DNA of 64,000 nucleotides, from the NCBI GenBank assembly GCA_963702895.1, contig OY969767.1, forward strand, positions 1,184,001 through 1,248,000, written 5' to 3'. Shown piece after piece: positions 42,181 through 52,320 of the stretch (positions within the stretch are counted from its first letter, which is position 1; every line of letters begins with the position of its first letter). Under the pieces are notes generated by a model. That model did not search any database. It was not told where the DNA came from and worked only from the letters and a program-made list of their open reading frames with translations. The DNA comes from an uncultured Elusimicrobia bacterium. GTDB lineage: Bacteria > Elusimicrobiota > Elusimicrobia > 2-01-FULL-59-12. A program made the translations under genes and the position numbers.

Positions 42181-43836
42181 TTATTCCGCCAAATCCATTT
42201 TATACGTATTGTAAAAGCGGTGTGCTGAAGCGTACCATTCGCGAAGGCTAGTAGCTTCGCGATTTAGCGCGTCTGGGCATGCGCGCAACATATGGCCGAG
42301 AGGCTCGTAGAGGTCGCATTTTAATGAGTCATCTTTCATCAACAGCTGACCTTGCCAAGAGGGATGTCCAAAATACCAGCCCGCGAATGTACGTGCTCGC
42401 TTCGTGGTGTCTTCTAGTGATAGCGATTCCCACCAAGGTCCAGCGAGCGCGCTGAGATATTCCTGGCGTGATTTAGGCCAAAATGCAAATCCCGCATCAT
42501 GGTACCAGCCCCGATCCGATAGAAGGACAGGTTTTCCTAAGGCTGCAGCCTCGATACCTACGGTCCCATGATACGTCACGACGCCATCAAGCGCACGGAG
42601 CAAATCCCCCCCATTCCATGCGAGCTCTGCCAGTGCTATATGTGGTAGTGGGTTCGCGGGGAAGAGGTCACAAAGCGTGCTCCCACCGTACCATGCGTCG
42701 CAAGGGTGCCCTTTGAACAGCCAATAAACCTCTTTGTTTTCTTCAGCTATCTTCAGTGTCGTGTCAAGCCAATCGCGAAAATCACGGAAATGGGTCATGC
42801 CCGAGCTGTGTGGATAATCAAACCAGTTCGATGCATATACGCCGACCACTTTGCGCCGTTCATCCCAGCCCAATTGCTTATAAAGCAACTGCTTGTTGAT
42901 GAGCTGCTTAGGTGACTGATAGGCGTATCGGCTTCCGATGTCTTGAGTCGAGCCCCCTAGACGCATCTGGAGGTATTGCCAGCCGATCCTTTCAAAATCC
43001 TTCTGGCGATCCGGAGACAGTCCATTCAATTCCTCGCCGCTCGGCCGATCGATCATATCCATGATGTCCGCTGGTACATTTAAGCGAGCAAAACGTGGGA
43101 CACCGTAATTCCCAGAAAGAATGATGACCGACACGCCACGTTGAAGAGCCGTCCAGGCAAGAGCGCCGCACTCCAGATTGATGGCATGGCTGAGCAGGAC
43201 AAGGTCAAAATCGGTTTGTTGAAAGATCTTTTGAGCGATGTCGAGATACCCCAGCGATTCTGCTACATCGGATTGGATATGAGGATGATGGAGATCAACG
43301 ACGGCTGAACGCTGGCGCTTGAGCAAAGCATCATAAACCCAGCTTGCCGGAAAGTGCTCTGGGAGCTGCCATTGAAGAATGTCGCCGGGATCTGATGTAT
43401 GGGCGAGATAGCTTTTGGCTTGTTCGCGGAACTGATCTAGAGAGGACTTCCATTGCAACAAGCTTCGGGTGCTTTGTATCCCGAATCGCTCAAAGGTCCG
43501 TTGGCAATTCATGGTGTTATAGCGCCCGGTGATACCGATTTCGTGTGCCTGCGATAAACCCAATGCCCGCCGGACGAGCATCACGCGATACCAATAATTG
43601 GGGTTGTCCCACGTACCATCTACGAGGATGGTGCGGGCCAAAGGTTTTTGATCGGCTGTCTTGCTGAGACTGGCGAGCAGATGTTCTGTTTCTTGACGTT
43701 TACGAGAGGTGCGGTAATTCCCATAGAAGCGCGATGGACTCCAGGTTCGCAAACGGCGCACCAGCCCTTCCGCCATTCGGCGAGGGCTCTTAATCGGATG
43801 TAGCTTTCGAGGCGTTGTCAGCATCATCGATTTCAC
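42181..43836 (-). CDS. Capsule-biosynthesis-like protein (KpsS/LipB-like GT-B, putative ulosonate transferase)
   Basis: WLFKGHP, GVVTYHGTVGIEAAALGKPV; context among nonulosonate genes. Confidence 0.55.
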   Translation of the reverse strand: MKSMMLTTPRKLHPIKSPRRMAEGLVRRLRTWSPSRFYGNYRTSRKRQETEHLLASLSKTADQKPLARTILVDGTWDNPNYWYRVMLVRRALGLSQAHEIGITGRYNTMNCQRTFERFGIQSTRSLLQWKSSLDQFREQAKSYLAHTSDPGDILQWQLPEHFPASWVYDALLKRQRSAVVDLHHPHIQSDVAESLGYLDIAQKIFQQTDFDLVLLSHAINLECGALAWTALQRGVSVIILSGNYGVPRFARLNVPADIMDMIDRPSGEELNGLSPDRQKDFERIGWQYLQMRLGGSTQDIGSRYAYQSPKQLINKQLLYKQLGWDERRKVVGVYASNWFDYPHSSGMTHFRDFRDWLDTTLKIAEENKEVYWLFKGHPCDAWYGGSTLCDLFPANPLPHIALAELAWNGGDLLRALDGVVTYHGTVGIEAAALGKPVLLSDRGWYHDAGFAFWPKSRQEYLSALAGPWWESLSLEDTTKRARTFAGWYFGHPSWQGQLLMKDDSLKCDLYEPLGHMLRACPDALNREATSLREWYASAHRFYNTYKMDLAE

Positions 43837-44540
43837 CGTTGATAGGCGTATCGGCCCAGGGCCAATTTCTGAACGACTTCTTCCATCACCTTGGACTCGA
43901 TCACTTTGAAATAACGACCGCTTCCCTGCGCCGGCAGTTGCTTGACGGACAACCCTTCATCCACAATTCGACGAACCCCTTTTGCCAGGAGATGTAGGGC
44001 ATGTTGATAGACTTTCACACGGACATCGACATAGGTGTCGGTTCGTCGGAAGGTTAATCCCTCTTGCAGCACAATAGGACCTTCGTCGATGCCTTCGGTC
44101 ATGAAGTGGACTGTGTTTCCGATCTGCTCGTCCAGATAGACCGCCCATTCCACACAAGTACAGCCACGGAACTGAGGGAGTAGGCCAGGATGACAATTCA
44201 CGACGCCGACGCGTGGAGCGCGTAAGATCGTGTTTGTGAGAATCCGAGGTGTTCCCGCATTGATCAGTAAATCGATGTTGAGTCGCGCGACCAATGCTGC
44301 TGTGATCGGAGATCGATGGTCATCGACAAAATAAAAAGGGATTCCTTCTTTAGCGAACTGATGAAGTGGGATTTCAGGGAAATGCCCCGCGGTCCTCTCC
44401 TGGAAGATCTGGAGGTCTTTGTCACTCATGACTTTCGAGTCCATGAGGATCGCATGGATGGCAGTGTTTTGCTTTAAAAGTTCTGCGATCTGGTAGCCCA
44501 AGAGCGGCTCGCGATTATTACTCAGAAGGGCAATTCGCAT
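43833..44540 (-). CDS. Formyltransferase family protein (sugar N-formyltransferase)
   Basis: VVNCHPGLLPQFRG, TVHFMTEGIDEGPI. Confidence 0.88.
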   Translation of the reverse strand: MRIALLSNNREPLLGYQIAELLKQNTAIHAILMDSKVMSDKDLQIFQERTAGHFPEIPLHQFAKEGIPFYFVDDHRSPITAALVARLNIDLLINAGTPRILTNTILRAPRVGVVNCHPGLLPQFRGCTCVEWAVYLDEQIGNTVHFMTEGIDEGPIVLQEGLTFRRTDTYVDVRVKVYQHALHLLAKGVRRIVDEGLSVKQLPAQGSGRYFKVIESKVMEEVVQKLALGRYAYQR

Positions 44541-45715
44541 TAACGTAAGGCCTCTTGAACAATGGTGTTTTTGACACATTGAGCGACTCGATGAGCGGCT
44601 CCGTCGACGTTCAGGGGCTTTTTCGGGATCGAGCGAAGGCTGTCCCAGTTCCCTGAGGCGAATTCCCCGGCGGCCCAACGAAGAGCGGGGAGATCTTGAA
44701 TGAGACGCGTATACCCGAGAATGTTACTCACGCACGGGTCTGCCTCTTGGGAATCTTGAAGACCGATTTCGATACTCACGGATGGACGCCCAGAGACAGC
44801 CGCCTCTAGCAAAACAATCGACATCATCCCGAAAACTGCGTTTGATGCAGCAATCCACTCCGCGGGTTTTCGATCTGTGCGAATACTGGTGGTGAGACTG
44901 TTGCGCGATCGTTCTTGGAGCACTTGTCGTAACGGTGACTCCTCTTCCATGGGATGGGGCTTGACGATCACATGGCATCTTTGATGCGCTGATTCAAACG
45001 CGCGGGAAAGCTCGTCCAGACAAAGTCTTAACATGCTGGTGGATGTATAGCCATAGCGAGAATGAAGCGGGTCTTTCATGAGCCCCCCCACACCTAGCGA
45101 TGGCTGTCCGTCCGGTTTTAAAAAGAAGGGGTCGGAGAAGAATGTCAACACAGGGACTTGAGAATTGAAGCCTTCATCTCGCCGAATCTTTTCCGGCGAG
45201 ATCGCGGCCACTTGTTTCTTGCTGTATTCTAAATTGACGGGGCCTGTCATAAGGACCCGTTGTATCGGAAAGCCCATGGTGATGATCCCCAATCGCGAGA
45301 TGTCATCCATCGCGCACACCCAATCTGGCCATGAACGCAAGAGACCCTCGGGTGTGGAGCGTTGGAAACGGTCTGGGTAATTCAACCAGGAATCGAGGAC
45401 AGCAATGACAGGAATGGATCGTCTTTGGGATGCCATCCGGACGGTATGTTCTAATCGATTGTAGAGGCCGCTCCCTGAAACAACTGCTGCAGCTCTCGAG
45501 CCGGCAAGCAAATCAAGCGCATCGTCTTCATTCAAATGATCGGTAACTTTACGAGCCGGTATCTCTGGCCATTCATGTGACCATATGTCATAGGCCGGTC
45601 CCGCTAAGAAAGGCTCGATCGCGAATCCGTCCTGCAATAATTCTTGCGCCACTGGGAGGATGGCGCGCGCCGATCCTGCATCGTGTGCGACAAAAACAAG
45701 CGTCATGCGATTCAT
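44540..45715 (-). CDS. GT-B-fold glycan biosynthesis protein (putative nonulosonate transferase)
   Basis: AHDAGSA, VLDSWLNYPDRF, PDWVCAMD, VKPHP, GMMSIVLLEA. Confidence 0.55.
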   Translation of the reverse strand: MNRMTLVFVAHDAGSARAILPVAQELLQDGFAIEPFLAGPAYDIWSHEWPEIPARKVTDHLNEDDALDLLAGSRAAAVVSGSGLYNRLEHTVRMASQRRSIPVIAVLDSWLNYPDRFQRSTPEGLLRSWPDWVCAMDDISRLGIITMGFPIQRVLMTGPVNLEYSKKQVAAISPEKIRRDEGFNSQVPVLTFFSDPFFLKPDGQPSLGVGGLMKDPLHSRYGYTSTSMLRLCLDELSRAFESAHQRCHVIVKPHPMEEESPLRQVLQERSRNSLTTSIRTDRKPAEWIAASNAVFGMMSIVLLEAAVSGRPSVSIEIGLQDSQEADPCVSNILGYTRLIQDLPALRWAAGEFASGNWDSLRSIPKKPLNVDGAAHRVAQCVKNTIVQEALR

Positions 45716-47025
45716 GCCCGCGAAGTCTCCAGAAGTGATGCACGTTGTTCGTAGACTTTTTGGAAGGCTCGAACGACATCTTTCATGTCCTCAACCGTCG
45801 AGGGAGGTCGCATAAATTCGGTTTCGATGATTCGATGATCTTCAATTTCTTCGGTGATCGGACAACTCCCCTTCCGATAACTCTTGAGTGTTGAGTCCTG
45901 GGCGAGTTGGAAGGGAAATCCGGAGCGTCCCATGGCGATCCTGTTTTGAAACATGGGCAGAAAGTAAAGAGGTTTGCCATAACCGGCGTTGATCAGTGGC
46001 CAATCTCGGTCTGTGGCGGTCGGCAGTTCAGCAACGATGGCATTCACAAATTGATGACGAGGCACGCCAATTGTCTCCTCATCGAACAGAAACGCTTGCG
46101 TGTAATAGACATGTTTGCATCCGGGTCGAACAACCGGGGGGTGAATCCCGGGGAGTTTCTGAAGTTCTTGGGAAAGATACTCTGCATTGCGAAGGCGTGC
46201 TTCAAGCAAAGATGGTAATTTCTTCAGCTGCTCGATGCCAATGGCAGCGGTAATCTCAGTCATTCGGAAATTGAATCCGTAGGTGTTATCAAGTCGACCG
46301 ACACCTTTATCTTGGACAACAGCTTCCCCGTGATTCCGAATGAGTTGAAGACGTTCCGCGAGCTCGGCATTGTTGGTCGTCACCACCCCTCCTTCGCCTG
46401 TGTGAATATGTTTATGGTAATTCAAACTAAACACGGTCATATCCCCAAGACCACCAACCAATCGCCCTTTATACACTGCACCGGGCGCTTGTGCTGCATC
46501 CTCAATGGTGAGGAGATGATGTTCGCGGGCGATTGCAAGTATCGCATCCATATCGGCGGGATGACCGAAGAGGTGAACCACCATAATGGCCTTGGTTCTA
46601 GGTGTAATCTTTCGCTGGACATCGTTTGGGTCCAAGCAGAACGTGTCGGCTTCAATGTCAGCAAAAACGGGCAATCCCCCATAAGCGATGATGGCGGTGG
46701 CAGTCGCGGACATGGTGTACGGCGTGCAAATGACCTCATCCCCTGGCCCTATGCCAGCAGCCCCCACAGCGGCCAAAAGACCTGAAGCAGCCGAATTGAC
46801 AGAGATCGCATGACGCACTCCAAGGAAATCCGCCCAGGCGTGTTCGAAGCCTTGAACACGCGCTCCTCCAAAGAAGTCCGCGTGCCAGGCACCCAGAAAG
46901 CGTGATAAGACCCCGCTCTCTAAGACTTCAAGGGCTGCTAATCTTTCTTCACGGCCTATAAAGTTCGGAGCGGGGAAGGGTGTGGTACGGATCGGTTTCC
47001 CGCCAAAGAGCGCCAGACGTGTCAT
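45712..47025 (-). CDS. DegT/DnrJ/EryC1/StrS sugar aminotransferase
   Basis: VHLFGHPAD, IEDAAQAPG, FSLNYHKHIHTGEGG, GFNFRMTE. Confidence 0.93.
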   Translation of the reverse strand: MTRLALFGGKPIRTTPFPAPNFIGREERLAALEVLESGVLSRFLGAWHADFFGGARVQGFEHAWADFLGVRHAISVNSAASGLLAAVGAAGIGPGDEVICTPYTMSATATAIIAYGGLPVFADIEADTFCLDPNDVQRKITPRTKAIMVVHLFGHPADMDAILAIAREHHLLTIEDAAQAPGAVYKGRLVGGLGDMTVFSLNYHKHIHTGEGGVVTTNNAELAERLQLIRNHGEAVVQDKGVGRLDNTYGFNFRMTEITAAIGIEQLKKLPSLLEARLRNAEYLSQELQKLPGIHPPVVRPGCKHVYYTQAFLFDEETIGVPRHQFVNAIVAELPTATDRDWPLINAGYGKPLYFLPMFQNRIAMGRSGFPFQLAQDSTLKSYRKGSCPITEEIEDHRIIETEFMRPPSTVEDMKDVVRAFQKVYEQRASLLETSRA

Positions 47026-47996
47026 GAAAGAGCCTCCGTTGAAAACTGTTGTGAGTAATTCGCAAATCTTCGAATAAAACGCTGGGAGCGCATTTCGCGT
47101 TCTAGGCAGTCGGAAGCGTAAACGGGATCTTGGATCGATTGATGAACATCGTTCAAGACAGAATTCAGGAGCGACCCAGCTTCCATGTCAAAGACACCTA
47201 CTGTCCGAAAGACATGGAAGTCATGATAAAGCGGGTGCGGAAAAGATTCAGCGAAAAGCATTTTCTCAGGGCTCTGCGAGATCTCGACTTTGCCGTGTGT
47301 GCCATAGGCATGTAATTCAAAGATATATGGAATATGTGCAGACGGTTCCAGAAGGACCAGGGGCAGAGCGATATTGCCCTGGTGAAGCTCAAACGTCTTC
47401 ACATGTTTCGCTTCATGAATGAAACGGACTTCCCAGTCTGCACCCCACCACTGTGCGAACAAGTCAAGAAGATGGATCCCGTTGTGCAAAAGACCATTGG
47501 AGTAGCTCATGACTATGGCTGTGGCTTTGCCAAAATGGCCGCCTCGGATCCATTGAGCTATTTCGTGTGTTCCAGGATGGTGTCGTCGTGGACAGTTCAT
47601 CATGACAGGGATCTTTGCGTGCGTGAGGACGTCCAAGAGACCATCAATGTCGTCAGCGTCCGTCGTCAGAGGCTTCTCGATCAGAATCGCTTTCGGTCGT
47701 GCGGCCAGAGCGTCAAGAAGATCGAGTTTATGATGGTCATCCGGTGTCGCAATATAGATGACATCCCAAGGTTCCTTGAGCCAAGTGGAACGGTCTCGTG
47801 GCGATAGGGGGCAATGCCAACGCTCTTCTGCCGCCAATGTGCGCGAAGAATCCGTGTCAAAGAACCCGCCCAGGTGAAAGTGGGAACTCTTGGAAATCGC
47901 GTGGGCCATACTCAAGACATGATCGTCACCAGGATGGTCATAGCCCTGCGCGATCTGGCCGGCTCCCAATATCCCTACGGAATAAGAGGTTGTCAA
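47022..47996 (-). CDS. Gfo/Idh/MocA family oxidoreductase
   Basis: VGILGAGQIA, IATPDDHH, IEKPL, NGLLHNGIH; TTG start with GGAGG 8 nt upstream. Confidence 0.85.
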   Translation of the reverse strand: MTTSYSVGILGAGQIAQGYDHPGDDHVLSMAHAISKSSHFHLGGFFDTDSSRTLAAEERWHCPLSPRDRSTWLKEPWDVIYIATPDDHHKLDLLDALAARPKAILIEKPLTTDADDIDGLLDVLTHAKIPVMMNCPRRHHPGTHEIAQWIRGGHFGKATAIVMSYSNGLLHNGIHLLDLFAQWWGADWEVRFIHEAKHVKTFELHQGNIALPLVLLEPSAHIPYIFELHAYGTHGKVEISQSPEKMLFAESFPHPLYHDFHVFRTVGVFDMEAGSLLNSVLNDVHQSIQDPVYASDCLEREMRSQRFIRRFANYSQQFSTEALS

Positions 47997-48036
47997 ATGT
48001 GTGTCCTCCACGACGGCTCGTAAGTGTGCGGAATGC

Positions 48037-48822
48037 TCATGAATGTCCTGCGATGGGGCTCCATGTCGTTCGTTCTCGTACGCGACGGCATGCATTGTGC
48101 AAATCGGGATGAGCCCTGATCCATGAGGCGATCTCCTCGACACCATACTCTTGGCGTTCGCCGCTAAGGTCTTCGTGCAAAGCGCGAATGAGCTCATAGT
48201 CTTCGCGATAATCCAGCGTGACGAGCAAGTCTTCGGTGCCACGTGCGCGGTCGTGTGTAATGAAGCGGGGTTTGAATCGAGTTCCAGATTCCGGCCGATA
48301 GAAGCCGTAGGAAACGTGTTCTCGATCGAGTGGATCCTGTGTCTCATCATTGAGCTGGTAAAGAGCATTGGCCTTAAACACTTGGACATCCAGGCCTGCT
48401 GGAACGGATCGGTGAGGATCGGAATTGCTGACATACGGATGAATCGAACGTGTCGCAAGATAGGCTTCGATGGCCTCCTGGACGATTGCGGGATCCGTAA
48501 GCGGACAATCCGCTGTGATCTCGACACAGACATCAGCCTGTGTTGCCTGCAGAGCGCCGCATACACGTGCAAGCACATCGTTTTCACTCCCCCGATGGGG
48601 CGGTATGCCAAGATGAGCCGCCAACTGAGCAATGGGTTCATCCACTGCGTTGAGAGTTGTTGCGATAATGATGCCGTCCAGGCGCCTCACGCGCTGTAAT
48701 CTCTTGATCAGAATCTGCAATAAAGGCTCTCCGCCTGCGGTCATCAAGACTTTCCCAGGCAAACGTGTCGATGCCATGCGTGCTTCAATCGTTGCGATAA
48801 CTCTTAAGCGATCATGTTCCAT
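48037..48822 (-). CDS. SpsF-type cytidylyltransferase
   Basis: IEARMASTRLPGKVL, RGSENDVL, ITADCP, REHVS, VTLDYREDY. Confidence 0.9.
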   Translation of the reverse strand: MEHDRLRVIATIEARMASTRLPGKVLMTAGGEPLLQILIKRLQRVRRLDGIIIATTLNAVDEPIAQLAAHLGIPPHRGSENDVLARVCGALQATQADVCVEITADCPLTDPAIVQEAIEAYLATRSIHPYVSNSDPHRSVPAGLDVQVFKANALYQLNDETQDPLDREHVSYGFYRPESGTRFKPRFITHDRARGTEDLLVTLDYREDYELIRALHEDLSGERQEYGVEEIASWIRAHPDLHNACRRVRERTTWSPIAGHS

Positions 48823-49889
48823 GTCAATGCAGTACCTTCCAAGATATCTTGTGTAGCCTTCTTCCCAATCACTGTGTCGTAATACTTCGGAGGTAATCCC
48901 AGGCCCGGACGGATCACACGCACATTCTGGGGAGTCAATGTTTCACCATTCTTAATATTCTTCGATACATAGATCGAGCGGCGATAGATAAGCGACATTT
49001 GCTCGGATGGGGTTGGGCCGAACTGAACGTGCCCGATAGCCTCCCAGGCCGACTTGGATTCGCGGACCAGCTGCTTGAGTTCATGCGGTTCTAATGAAAA
49101 TGGCGCATCAACCCCACCGTCGTGACGGGCCAAGGTGACATGCCTCTCAATAACCTCAGCGCCCAAGGCAATGGACGCAAGCGATGCGCCGAGTCCCAGG
49201 GTATGGTCTGATAAGCCAACATGACACCGGTACCGCGAGCGCAGTTCTGGGATGGTACGAAGATGGGAGTCGCTTGAAGGCGCAGGGTAAGAGCTGGTGC
49301 ACTTGAGTAAAACCAGCTCTCGGCACCCGTTGTGTCGTGCTGCGTCAACGGCCTCGGTAATTTCCTCCGTTGTGGCCATTCCGGTTGAAAGGATGATGGG
49401 TTTGCCGGTCTGTGCGACGTAGCGAATCAGTGGCAGATCAATATTTTCGAATGATGCAATCTTATAGAGAGGCACACTAAGCTTTTCAAGGTAATCCACA
49501 GCGCGTGGATCAAAAGGTGTGCTGAAGCCAATAAGTCCAAGCTCGCGGCATAGAGAAAAGATAGACTGATGCCATTCCCACGGCGTATGCGCTTTTTGGT
49601 AGAGCTCATAAAGGCTCTGGCCGTTCCATAGACTTTGTGGGTGATTGATGAGAAATTCTCCTCGCTTGATATTGAGCGTCATGGTATCTGCGGTATAAGT
49701 CTGAATCTTAAGTGCTTGTGCACCAGCCTCCGCTGTCTTGCGGACGATCTCTAAGGCACGTTCGAGGGATTGATTGTGATTGCCCGACATCTCAGCGATG
49801 ATAAAAGGTGCGCCATGACTGCTGATGCGGATATCTCCGAAGACGATGTCAGAAGTTGTATCGATAGTATTCCCTAAAGAGTTAGACAT
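48804..49889 (-). CDS. pseI: Pseudaminic acid synthase
   Basis: IIAEMSGNHNQ, KIQTYTADT, AHTPWEWH, KIASFE, KCTSSYP, GLSDHT, RRSIY, SAF tail. Confidence 0.92.
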   Translation of the reverse strand: MSNSLGNTIDTTSDIVFGDIRISSHGAPFIIAEMSGNHNQSLERALEIVRKTAEAGAQALKIQTYTADTMTLNIKRGEFLINHPQSLWNGQSLYELYQKAHTPWEWHQSIFSLCRELGLIGFSTPFDPRAVDYLEKLSVPLYKIASFENIDLPLIRYVAQTGKPIILSTGMATTEEITEAVDAARHNGCRELVLLKCTSSYPAPSSDSHLRTIPELRSRYRCHVGLSDHTLGLGASLASIALGAEVIERHVTLARHDGGVDAPFSLEPHELKQLVRESKSAWEAIGHVQFGPTPSEQMSLIYRRSIYVSKNIKNGETLTPQNVRVIRPGLGLPPKYYDTVIGKKATQDILEGTALTWNMIA

Positions 49890-50436
49890 GGGCATGGCTC
49901 CAGAGTTCTTTTGCAAGGTTCATGCTATACATCTGCCACCTTGCTTTTTGAAGGACAAGACGTATCACGAGCTCAGTTTTGCCTTGCTTTATTTGATGGA
50001 GTTCATTATTTGTTTTTTGGAAGCCGAGATTCTCTTGAAATCGAAGTGCCCGTGAGTTGAACGCAAAAGTATCTGCGAAGATGCGCTCGACCTGTAATCG
50101 CGAAAAGCCAACCTCGAGCCCTAAGAGAGCCATCGCCTTACCAACGCCTGAGGTCGCCGTCCGTGCCAGGTAGAATCCCCAAAAACAAGATGACCGTGTG
50201 TCATCCATCTTGTTAAACGAAACGGTTCCAAGAGGAGTCTTGCAATACTCAAAGATCAGGCATAAGTCGGTCGGGCTCGTTGCGAGACGTCGATACCATG
50301 CTCGATGTTCTTCGGGAGTGATCAGGTGATCAGAAAACATCACATCACGAATCGCGTCAGAGTTCCTCCAGAGCAAGACCTGGTCCAGGTCGGACTCTTC
50401 AAGAGGTCGTATGAGGCAATCTTCACGCCTGAGCAT
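49882..50436 (-). CDS. pseH: UDP-4-amino-4,6-dideoxy-AltNAc N-acetyltransferase (GNAT)
   Basis: WRNSDAIR...ITPEEHRAW, WGFY; between pseG and pseI. Confidence 0.85.
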   Translation of the reverse strand: MLRREDCLIRPLEESDLDQVLLWRNSDAIRDVMFSDHLITPEEHRAWYRRLATSPTDLCLIFEYCKTPLGTVSFNKMDDTRSSCFWGFYLARTATSGVGKAMALLGLEVGFSRLQVERIFADTFAFNSRALRFQENLGFQKTNNELHQIKQGKTELVIRLVLQKARWQMYSMNLAKELWSHAHV

Positions 50437-51532
50437 GGTGGAATTCCATAATCTTTCCTGCCACAAAGTCCGCGCCCTTGTAATGAGCTCCGCCCATCAG
50501 CCCCCTGGCGGCTTGACTCATCGAGTGTGCTTGCTCTGGCGACCGGAGCAATCTCCTGAGCGTCTCTACGATCGCTTCCGTCTGGAGGGAGGCGTGCCAT
50601 CCAAGGTTGATCGCCGCGCCGCATGCGGCGACGGATTCGGTGACTTGTTGTTGATTCTTGGCAAGGATGATGCTGATGGAAGGTAAGCCCATCATGCAAC
50701 GTTCCCAAGTCGCGGTCCCGCCGCCCCCAATGGCGAGATCGGCATGAGCCATAAGGTCCGCCATGGTGTTGATGCTTTGGAATACCCGAATATGATGCTG
50801 GTCTGAACATCTCATTTTGATTGATGTCGCGTTGGGATTGGCGGCGCCAAGCACGAGATCGACCGATATCTCCTGGTCCGTGAAATGATCAAGCGCATCA
50901 AGCACCTTCGCGGTGGCGTTGTCGGGATCGACCCCGCCAAGAAAGACGAGGATCTTTGGAGGGGTATGGTAATCGGTTCTTCGCGCAGGACGGGTTTTCA
51001 GGAATTCCTCCCGCAGAAGAGCATACTCGGGCCCGAGCAAGATTTCGCAGGTGTTCGGAACCAGCTTGTCATAACGATGACCGTCTTTGCCGATGTTTTG
51101 ATCGAGCAACAGATTGCATGCGTGGCGGCGGTCTGCCAGATCATCAATCACCATCAGTTTTGGGACTCTTTTCGAGAGTCGTCTTTCCCATCGCGCATCG
51201 AGACCATAGTGATCGACGATCAGCCAATCGATCTCTAGCGAGGCGTGCCGGATCGTATCCTCCGTATCTTGCGCATCTTTTTCCCAGGTGGCATTGAGCC
51301 AACGGGCGTAGAGCAGGTCCCCTGCTGACGCGTCATGGGAAGTGCGCTCAGGCAAAAGAATATAAGGAATATGGGCGTGACGTAGAGGCTCCGTAATCTC
51401 TGGACTTGTTGGCTGCAGAAGAAACTGGACCGCTGCATGATGCTTTTGCAGTGCTAAGGCTAACGTCAGACAGCGTGTGAAGTGTCCGAGACCTGTTTGT
51501 GGCGTGGCGTCGACCCTAAAGAGAACGGTCAT
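50423..51532 (-). CDS. pseG: UDP-2,4-diacetamido-2,4,6-trideoxy-altropyranose hydrolase
   Basis: FRVDA...GLGHFTRCLTLA, IVDHY, IDDLADR, LLDQN, GGVD, GGGTATWER. Confidence 0.92.
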   Translation of the reverse strand: MTVLFRVDATPQTGLGHFTRCLTLALALQKHHAAVQFLLQPTSPEITEPLRHAHIPYILLPERTSHDASAGDLLYARWLNATWEKDAQDTEDTIRHASLEIDWLIVDHYGLDARWERRLSKRVPKLMVIDDLADRRHACNLLLDQNIGKDGHRYDKLVPNTCEILLGPEYALLREEFLKTRPARRTDYHTPPKILVFLGGVDPDNATAKVLDALDHFTDQEISVDLVLGAANPNATSIKMRCSDQHHIRVFQSINTMADLMAHADLAIGGGGTATWERCMMGLPSISIILAKNQQQVTESVAACGAAINLGWHASLQTEAIVETLRRLLRSPEQAHSMSQAARGLMGGAHYKGADFVAGKIMEFHHAQA

Positions 51533-52320
51533 GGAGTCGCCACCTCTACCGTTTGAGTTTTTGAAGAGCGGACAGGAAGACCCCTTTGATGTAAATATTG
51601 CTTGGCTCCGAGTGGTGTTTGCTCTGTAAAGTGGAACAAGCTCGCAGCGGCAACAGCGGAGACATTCCCCACCGTTAAGGCCTCATGCATATGCGCGTAA
51701 TTGCCAGCGCCACCGGAAGCGATCACGGGTATTTGAACAGAATCCGTGATGGAGCGGATTAACGCCAGATCGTATCCGTCCATTGTGCCATCGCGATCGA
51801 TCGATGTGATCAGAATCTCGCCCGCTCCACGGTTCTGCATTTCTCGTGCCCACGTGGAGGGGCTTACGCCTGTTGGCCTGGTTCCGCTACGCGAATAGCA
51901 TTCGTAGGAGCCATCCGGGAGGAGTTTGGCGTCGATACTTGCGACGATGCATTGAGAACCGAACCGTTGAGCTGCTTCTTCAATCAAGGACGGCGCTTCG
52001 TAGCAAATGCTGTTTAAAGCGACCTTATCTGCCCCAGCCAAAAGCAGTTGACGGATGTCTTCGATCGTTCGCACGCCGCCGCCGACGGTCAGAGGCATAA
52101 AGCACTCACGGGAGAAATCTGCGACGGATTCATAATCGGGCCGGCGTCCCTCAGCGGTCGCCGTGATGTCGAGAACGATGAGTTCATCAACTTCTCGTGT
52201 GTTATAGACTTTGATCGCAGGCAACACGGTGCCCACTCTGCGCCAACTATCAAAACGAACCCCCTTCACCAGACCCACTTGCTTCCATAAAAGCGTTGGG
52301 ATGATCCGATGCTTAAGCAT
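51529..52320 (-). CDS. HisF-like cyclase subunit (WbuZ-type, glycan amidination)
   Basis: RIIPTLL, VDELIVLDI, PLTVGGG, GAGEILITSIDRDG, in a glycan locus. Confidence 0.9.
   Translation of the reverse strand: MLKHRIIPTLLWKQVGLVKGVRFDSWRRVGTVLPAIKVYNTREVDELIVLDITATAEGRRPDYESVADFSRECFMPLTVGGGVRTIEDIRQLLLAGADKVALNSICYEAPSLIEEAAQRFGSQCIVASIDAKLLPDGSYECYSRSGTRPTGVSPSTWAREMQNRGAGEILITSIDRDGTMDGYDLALIRSITDSVQIPVIASGGAGNYAHMHEALTVGNVSAVAAASLFHFTEQTPLGAKQYLHQRGLPVRSSKTQTVEVATP

Noticed and set aside
47997..48641. Long N-terminal extension of the 47022 oxidoreductase ORF
   Set aside because: It overlaps the SpsF-type gene; a TTG with GGAGG at 47996 precedes the Rossmann motif
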